Program-made: the position numbers and the translations under genes
Assembly (NCBI GenBank): GCA_964413485.1
Contig: CAYPRU010000002.1
Location: 146,748 to 210,747, forward strand
Direction: 5' to 3'
Source: an uncultured Brachymonas sp.
Lineage (GTDB): Bacteria > Pseudomonadota > Gammaproteobacteria > Burkholderiales > Burkholderiaceae_C
DNA length: 64,000 bases
In this document: positions 58,954 through 64,000 of the stretch, piece after piece
Numbering within the stretch: the stretch's first letter is position 1
How the letters are laid out: the number at the start of each line of letters is the position of its first letter
The notes under the pieces: generated by a model
What the model saw: the letters and a program-made list of their open reading frames with translations, nothing else
What the model was told of the DNA's origin: nothing
Database searches by the model: none

Positions 58954-59053
58954 CGGACGCTCCGCTGTGGATCCGGGGGCTTGCTTGCCCAAGCCCCCCG
59001 ACACCCCCAAGGGTCCTGTGCTGCTCGACTGTGCAGAAGGGCCATGCAGGCAG
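58954..59053 (+). repeat. Intergenic repeat, copy A (internally deleted)
   Basis: CGGACGCT..GGGGCTTGCTTGCCCAAGCCCCCCGACACCCCCAAGGG joined to CCTGTGCTGCTCGACTGTGCAGAAGGG; matches both ends of copy B in inverted orientation. Confidence 0.85.
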
Positions 59054-59086
59054 TAGCCATTGGCAACAAACTGCGAAAATGGCGAC

Positions 59087-59653
59087 ATGACCGTCTTGCC
59101 CCAAGTTTTGCGGAACATCCAGCACGCTACGCGTGTGCACCAGCGCGAGCATGGCTGCAATGCGCACACCTTCGAGGATGGCGAGGGATTGTGGCAGCTG
59201 GTGGCCCGTGCACAGCCACGGCGCGTGCTGGAACTGGGCACGGGGCTGGGTTATACCGCTTGCCTGATGGCACTGGCCAGCCCGCAAGCGCAGGTGGATA
59301 CGCTGGAAGGGGATGCAGAGCATGCGGCACTGGCCCGCGAACATATTGGGGCAGCAGGGTTGCCGGAGCGCGCCATCCTGCATGAAGGCTCATTCTCGAC
59401 CAGTCTGCCAGCACTGGGCTTGCTGCCGGGTAGCCTGGACCTGGTGTTTTTTGACGGAAACATGCTGGCTTTTGTGCTGGTGCAGCACTTTTACACGCTG
59501 CTGGCACCGGGCGGCCTGCTGGTTTGCGCCAATCTGGAATTGAACGGCCCACAGGGCGCACGCCGCGCCAAAGCTGCCCTGCGCGACACCCAACGCTGGC
59601 AGCTCCTGCCACCCCTGGAAAACGGCCTGACCTGGGTGGCACGACGTCTGTAG
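59087..59653 (+). CDS. Class I SAM-dependent (O-)methyltransferase
   Basis: RVLELGTGLGY, LDLVFFDG, LLAPGGLLVCAN. Confidence 0.85.
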   Translation: MTVLPQVLRNIQHATRVHQREHGCNAHTFEDGEGLWQLVARAQPRRVLELGTGLGYTACLMALASPQAQVDTLEGDAEHAALAREHIGAAGLPERAILHEGSFSTSLPALGLLPGSLDLVFFDGNMLAFVLVQHFYTLLAPGGLLVCANLELNGPQGARRAKAALRDTQRWQLLPPLENGLTWVARRL

Positions 59654-59664
59654 CCAGTAGTCAG

Positions 59665-59877
59665 CTGCCTTCCCGACCCTTCTGCACAGTCGAGCAGCAC
59701 AGGGCAAAAGGGAGAAAAGCGAGCACTGTCTGAGCGGCGCAGCCGCGAGTTTGCGAGCGTACCCTTTTGACCGCGCAGCGCAGAGCAGTCGCCGCAGGCG
59801 ACCTGTGCAGCAGGGTGCCCTTGGGGGTGTCGGGGGCTTTGGGCAAGCAAAGCCCCTGACGCACAGCGCAGCGTCCG
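59665..59877 (-). repeat. Intergenic repeat, copy B (about 210 bp, highly structured)
   Basis: Reverse complement shares both termini with copy A and adds about 110 bp of internal sequence with hairpins (GTCGCC/GGCGAC; GGGGCTTTG..CAAAGCCCC). Confidence 0.85.
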
Positions 59878-59884
59878 GGAACCC

Positions 59885-60346
59885 CTATGTCTCCGCCGCC
59901 AAGTACCGCAGCAGGTTGTGCTTCATCTTGTCGAGCACTGCTGCGGCCACCTCGATCTCCTCGTGTGAAAGGCCCTCCAGAATCTGCTGATTCAGTGCAC
60001 GGCCCACCTGGCGCAAATCCTGGATGACGCGCTGGCTCGACGGCTCAAGAAATACGCGGTTGATGCGGCGGTCGTTCGGGTCGATTTCTCGGCGCACCAG
60101 ACCGCTGCGTTCCAGCCGATCCAGCAGGCCGCCCACCGCCACCTTGCCCAGATCGAGCGCTTCCGCCAGCTGGGATTGGGTCATGCCATCCTTGCGTGCC
60201 AGGTTGGCCAGCACCCACCACTGCGCACGCGTCACGCCCAGCGGCTTCAGGCCGCGGTCGAAGGCGCTGCGGCGCAAGCGGGAGACATCGTGGATCAGGA
60301 ATCCCAGCCTGAATTCCCCCTCGACGCCTGGTGTGCTGGAGTTCAT
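59885..60346 (-). CDS. MarR-family regulator
   Basis: LIHDVSRLRR, GVTRAQWWVL, GMTQSQLA, LDRLERSGLVRR..DRR. Confidence 0.92.
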   Translation of the reverse strand: MNSSTPGVEGEFRLGFLIHDVSRLRRSAFDRGLKPLGVTRAQWWVLANLARKDGMTQSQLAEALDLGKVAVGGLLDRLERSGLVRREIDPNDRRINRVFLEPSSQRVIQDLRQVGRALNQQILEGLSHEEIEVAAAVLDKMKHNLLRYLAAET

Positions 60347-60362
60347 GGTGGTTTCTGCCATT

Positions 60363-60392
60363 CCTGTGTGCCTGTGTGCCTGTGTGCCTGTG
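60363..60392. repeat. 8-bp tandem repeat (CCTGTGTG, 3 full copies plus a partial)
   Basis: CCTGTGTG CCTGTGTG CCTGTGTG CCTGTG just upstream of marR. Confidence 0.9.
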
Positions 60393-60505
60393 GGTTCGCA
60401 AGTACGCCAAAGTATAGGCGACATGGCAGGGCCGCTGCGACGGCTCCGACTGGATCCCATGTCTCACGCAGCACGTCTTCAGGCCGCCTGACGCATAATC
60501 CCGCG

Positions 60506-61612
60506 ATGGACCATTTTCAGCTTGCCCTTGACCTGGCCGCGCAGGCCATGACGCTCAGCAATCCCAACCCGCGCGTGGGTTGCGTCATCGTGGATGCCAC
60601 CGGCCAGATTCTGGGGCAGGGATTTACCCAGCAGCGTGGGGGGCCGCATGCCGAGGTGATGGCGCTGCGCGATGCAGTCAACCGCGGCGCAGACGTGCGC
60701 GGCAGCACGGTGTACGTGACGCTTGAGCCGTGCGCCCATCATGGCCGCACGCCGCCCTGTTGCGATGCCCTGATTGCCGCAGGAGTCGGCAAGGTGCAGG
60801 TGGCGCTGCCGGACCCCAATCCGCTGGTGGCCGGGCAGGGCATGGCACGGCTGCAGGCGGCCGGCATTGCCGTGGTGCTGGCTCCGGACAGCATCGCGCA
60901 GCAGGCACGTGCGCTCAATGTCGGCTTCCTGCGGCGCATGGAGCAGGGCCTGCCCTGGGTACGCCTCAAGACGGCCTCCTCGCTGGATGGAATGACGGCG
61001 CTGTCCAATGGCGACAGCCAGTGGATCACCGGCGCGGTGGCGCGCGCCGATGTGCAGCACTGGCGCGCCCGTGCCTGTGCAGTGCTGACCGGTGTGGGCA
61101 CGGTGCTGGCGGACGATCCCTTGCTCAATGTGCGTCTGCCGGAGGTGCCGCGCCAGCCGCATCTGGCCATTCTGGACAGTGCGCTGCGTACGCCGCCCCA
61201 TGCGCGGCTGCTGGCGGTGCCGCAGCGCAAGGTGTGGATTTACACCACGGCCAGCCAGGAGCCCGAACACGCGCAGCGCGCCGAGGCCTTGCAGCAGGCC
61301 GGTGCGGAAATCATCACCTTGCCGACCGAGGTCGACGGTCGCGTGGCGCTGCCGGCGCTGTTGCAGGATCTGGGGCGGCGCGAAGTCAACGAGCTGCATG
61401 TGGAAGCTGGCGCGGTGCTCAACGGCGCCTTGCTGCAGCAGCAGCTGGTGCAGGAGTGGCTGGCCTATGTGGCGCCGCTGGCGCTGGGACCGGGCCGGCC
61501 ACTGGCGCAGCTGGCCCCGTTGCAGCGTGTGGCCGACGCCCGGCGTTGGCAGCTTGCCGAATGCACCGCGCTGGACGGCGGGGATGTGCGACTGCGCCTG
61601 CAGTTTGGCTGA
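60506..61612 (+). CDS. ribD: Riboflavin biosynthesis deaminase/reductase
   Basis: PNPRVGC, HAE, TLEPCAHHGRTPPCC, SQWITG, TVLADDP, VEAG. Confidence 0.96.
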   Translation: MDHFQLALDLAAQAMTLSNPNPRVGCVIVDATGQILGQGFTQQRGGPHAEVMALRDAVNRGADVRGSTVYVTLEPCAHHGRTPPCCDALIAAGVGKVQVALPDPNPLVAGQGMARLQAAGIAVVLAPDSIAQQARALNVGFLRRMEQGLPWVRLKTASSLDGMTALSNGDSQWITGAVARADVQHWRARACAVLTGVGTVLADDPLLNVRLPEVPRQPHLAILDSALRTPPHARLLAVPQRKVWIYTTASQEPEHAQRAEALQQAGAEIITLPTEVDGRVALPALLQDLGRREVNELHVEAGAVLNGALLQQQLVQEWLAYVAPLALGPGRPLAQLAPLQRVADARRWQLAECTALDGGDVRLRLQFG

Positions 61613-61714
61613 TTATTTCTCTTCCGGTAACCTGACAATTGACTGACGATGGGTGCAGGAATATGCGCAAAGCATTAGAATTCCCTTAAATAGTTTGCGT
61701 TCTGGAAAAGTATC

Positions 61715-62572
61715 ATGTCTGAGTCTGCCAATACCGCCGCGGGCGGCCGATCCATCCATCTGGAGGGGGGTAGACATGGCGTGCTCCTGTTCCACGGTCT
61801 CAGCAGCAGTCCGCTGGAGTTGCAGTACATTGCGCGCGGTCTGCACCGGGCGGGCCATACTGTGCTGGTGCCCGCCTTGAAAGGCTACACCGTGGGCATG
61901 GCGGGTGCATATGCGGCGTCTGCGGGTGAGTGGGTGCAGGCTGCATTGCGGGCTTTTGACCAACTGGCGAAAGAGTGCGACACCGTTTCAGTGGGTGGCC
62001 TGTGTCTAGGCGCCGTGCTGGCCTTGCGCGTGGCCGAGCGCCGGGCGGGCAGCGTGCATTCTGTTCTGGGTTTGTCCACGGCCCTGTATTACGATGGCTG
62101 GGCCAATCCCTGGTACACCCGCCTGCTGCCGCTGGCTCCCTTTCTGCCGCTGGCCAGGCGCATTCGTGTGCGTGAACGCTGGCCCTTCGGCCTGAAGGAC
62201 GAACGGCTGCGCCGCTGGATCGAGCGGCAGATGCAGGAGTCCGCCTTGTCCGACGCTGGTGCTTCCACATTGCGCGTGTCCGAGTTGATCAAGGCGCGCC
62301 GCCTGATCGTGCGCACCCGCAAACACCTCGAAGCCATTATTGCGCCGCTGTTGTTGCTGCATGCCGAGGAAGACGAATGTGCCACGCCGCGCAGTGCCTA
62401 CGAGGTGTCCCGCCGTGTGTCTTCGACCGACAAGCGCCTGATCCTGCTGCATGACAGCTACCACATGATCAGCATGGACCGTGAAAAACAGCACGTCCTG
62501 GACGAAATGGTCAATTTTTTGCGCAAGCACATCACTGGCCCGACACCAGGAAGTCGGGTGCCGGCCCATTGA
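61715..62572 (+). CDS. Alpha/beta hydrolase (carboxylesterase-like) with GLCLG nucleophile elbow
   Basis: VLLFHGL, SVGGLCLGA, HAEEDE, SYHMI. Confidence 0.85.
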   Translation: MSESANTAAGGRSIHLEGGRHGVLLFHGLSSSPLELQYIARGLHRAGHTVLVPALKGYTVGMAGAYAASAGEWVQAALRAFDQLAKECDTVSVGGLCLGAVLALRVAERRAGSVHSVLGLSTALYYDGWANPWYTRLLPLAPFLPLARRIRVRERWPFGLKDERLRRWIERQMQESALSDAGASTLRVSELIKARRLIVRTRKHLEAIIAPLLLLHAEEDECATPRSAYEVSRRVSSTDKRLILLHDSYHMISMDREKQHVLDEMVNFLRKHITGPTPGSRVPAH

Positions 62573-62748
62573 CGGCGTCAGGCAAGGTTCAGAGTGGCGC
62601 GCAGCGTACCGGAAACGGAGTTCCTGATGCAGCCCTCGGGCCTGTGACCGGTGTGAATCATTTCACGGGAAAAAATTTCCTCGCGTGGACTGCCATGACA
62701 AGCGGTGCGGCACACGGTAGCATGACCGGTAACAGAAAAGGAGAATCC

Positions 62749-63207
62749 ATGAATGCACGCAATGTACGCTGGTCGCTGGCCATTGCTGGGGTGGCGCTGC
62801 TGGCTGGCTGCGCCAATGGAAGTGGTTTCAATCCGGCGCTCACGGTAGGCCTGGGTACCGGCTGGAACTGGGGCGGCATTGGCGGTGGCGTGACGGTGCC
62901 GCTGGGTGGTGGTACGCCTTCGGTAGGGGTGGGCGTTGGGACCGGAGGCCATATCGGCGATGTGGGCGTGGGGGTCGGGCTGGGGGGCAGCGTGCCGTTG
63001 GGTACGCCACAACCGCGGACGGTGCCGGTCAATCAGCCGCCGACGCAGCTGCCTCAGCCAGCCGGAGCGCCTGTGGCCACACCGGCAGACTGGTCGCCGG
63101 TGCAGGGTACAGGGCCCGCAGTGCCGGCGGCGGCGGTCAATCAGGCGCCACCCGGCTCGGCCTTCCGTGACTGGCCCTGGGGGGTGCAGGTGGTGCCGGC
63201 ACGCTGA
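62749..63207 (+). CDS. Gly/Pro-rich lipoprotein
   Basis: AAGGAG RBS, LLAGC lipobox, repeated VGVGVG/GGxVPLG segments. Confidence 0.75.
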   Translation: MNARNVRWSLAIAGVALLAGCANGSGFNPALTVGLGTGWNWGGIGGGVTVPLGGGTPSVGVGVGTGGHIGDVGVGVGLGGSVPLGTPQPRTVPVNQPPTQLPQPAGAPVATPADWSPVQGTGPAVPAAAVNQAPPGSAFRDWPWGVQVVPAR

Positions 63208-63233
63208 ACGGCACGTGCAGTGCGCACAAGACA

Positions 63234-63264
63234 AGACCCCGCACACATAGGTAATGCGGGGTCT
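63234..63264. terminator. Hairpin between convergent genes
   Basis: AGACCCCGCA...TGCGGGGTCT (10-bp stem). Confidence 0.5.
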
Positions 63265-63311
63265 GCAGCGGATGGGCGCCCGGCATGTGCCGGACGTTCC
63301 TGCCTGTGTGC

Positions 63312-64000
63312 TTACTTGGCGCTGTAGTCGTAGACACCGCGGCCGGTCTTGCGGCCCAGGCGGCCGGCAGCCACGTATTCCTTCAGCAGGTAGCACGGAC
63401 GGTACTTGCTGTCATTGAACTGCTCCACGTACACGTTCATCACGGCCAGGCACACGTCCAGACCGATCATGTCGGCCAGCGCCAGCGGACCGATCGGGTG
63501 GTTGCAGCCCAGCTTCATGCCGGCATCGATGTCTTCGGGCGTGGCCAGGCCTTCGGCCAGCACAAAGAAGGCTTCGTTGATCATCGGCACCAGAATGCGG
63601 TTGACGACAAAGCCGGGAGCGTTTTTCACGGTAATGGGCGATTTGCCCAGGCGCTCGGCCAGTTCCTTGACCGTGTCGTGCGTGGCATCGCTGGTCTGGA
63701 TGCCGCGGATCAGCTCGACCAGCGCCATCATCGGCACCGGGTTGAAGAAGTGCATGCCGATGAAGCGGTCGGCGCGGCTGGTTTGCGCAGCCAGCTCGGT
63801 GATGGAGATGGAAGAGGTGTTGCTGGCGATGATGGCATCGGCAGGCAGCAGCGCATCGATCTGCTTGAGGATCTTGTTCTTGATGTCGGGGTTTTCGGTG
63901 GCGGCCTCGATCACCAGATGGCAATCTTTCAGATCGTCATAGCTGGTGCTGCCCTTGACCAGCGCCATGGCCTCATTCTTTTCCGCCTCGGTCATCTTCT
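63312..64000 (-). CDS. 3-hydroxybutyryl-CoA dehydrogenase (5' part lies outside the window)
   Basis: IEAATEN, ASNTSSISI, GMHFFNP, NHPIGPLALADMIGLD, LGRKTGRG. Confidence 0.93.
   Translation of the reverse strand, partial: KMTEAEKNEAMALVKGSTSYDDLKDCHLVIEAATENPDIKNKILKQIDALLPADAIIASNTSSISITELAAQTSRADRFIGMHFFNPVPMMALVELIRGIQTSDATHDTVKELAERLGKSPITVKNAPGFVVNRILVPMINEAFFVLAEGLATPEDIDAGMKLGCNHPIGPLALADMIGLDVCLAVMNVYVEQFNDSKYRPCYLLKEYVAAGRLGRKTGRGVYDYSAK

Noticed and set aside
60400-60505. FMN riboswitch before ribD
   Set aside because: No RFN signature and no room for one; a -10 box sits directly before the ATG.

Overview
High-GC betaproteobacterial chromosome segment; gene content and intergenic motifs suggest Burkholderiales, probably Comamonadaceae (inference). 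Left end (1-2746): what looks like the right end of a genomic island, with hypothetical genes, a lipoprotein, a split Zn-ribbon membrane protein, a controller-protein-like XRE gene with a C-box-like operator, and a possible displaced ychF 3' end as the att core. Next come pcm and an accessory four-gene operon (internally duplicated membrane protein, OYE/4Fe-4S enoate reductase, acetoacetate-decarboxylase-fold protein, SDR). This operon resembles the hydroxy/oxo/enone fatty-acid conversion module of lactic acid bacteria and is the best candidate for an undescribed system. The rest is mostly recognisable: TIGR01777 gene/photolyase, leuE, a deleted cupin pseudogene, rdgC, miaB, mlaFEDACB, tRNA-Leu(CAA), cysM-tusA-M20 amidohydrolase, an anti-SD sRNA, a Crp/acyl-CoA ligase/Liv-type ABC cluster, a pseudouridine synthase, the phenylacetate operon (paaN-G-H-I-K-J-ECH-A-B-C-D-E) and an aromatic-acid MFS transporter. 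Further right lie an O2-independent ubiquinone operon (DUF2249-ubiU-ubiV-ubiT-DGC-ubiX-ubiD), recQ, an M48 peptidase, htpG, a methyltransferase flanked by two inverted copies of an intergenic repeat, marR, ribD, an alpha/beta hydrolase, a Gly-rich lipoprotein and a partial 3-hydroxybutyryl-CoA dehydrogenase. No CRISPR array, rRNA, transposase or integrase was seen. All family assignments come from motif recognition by eye; no searches were run.
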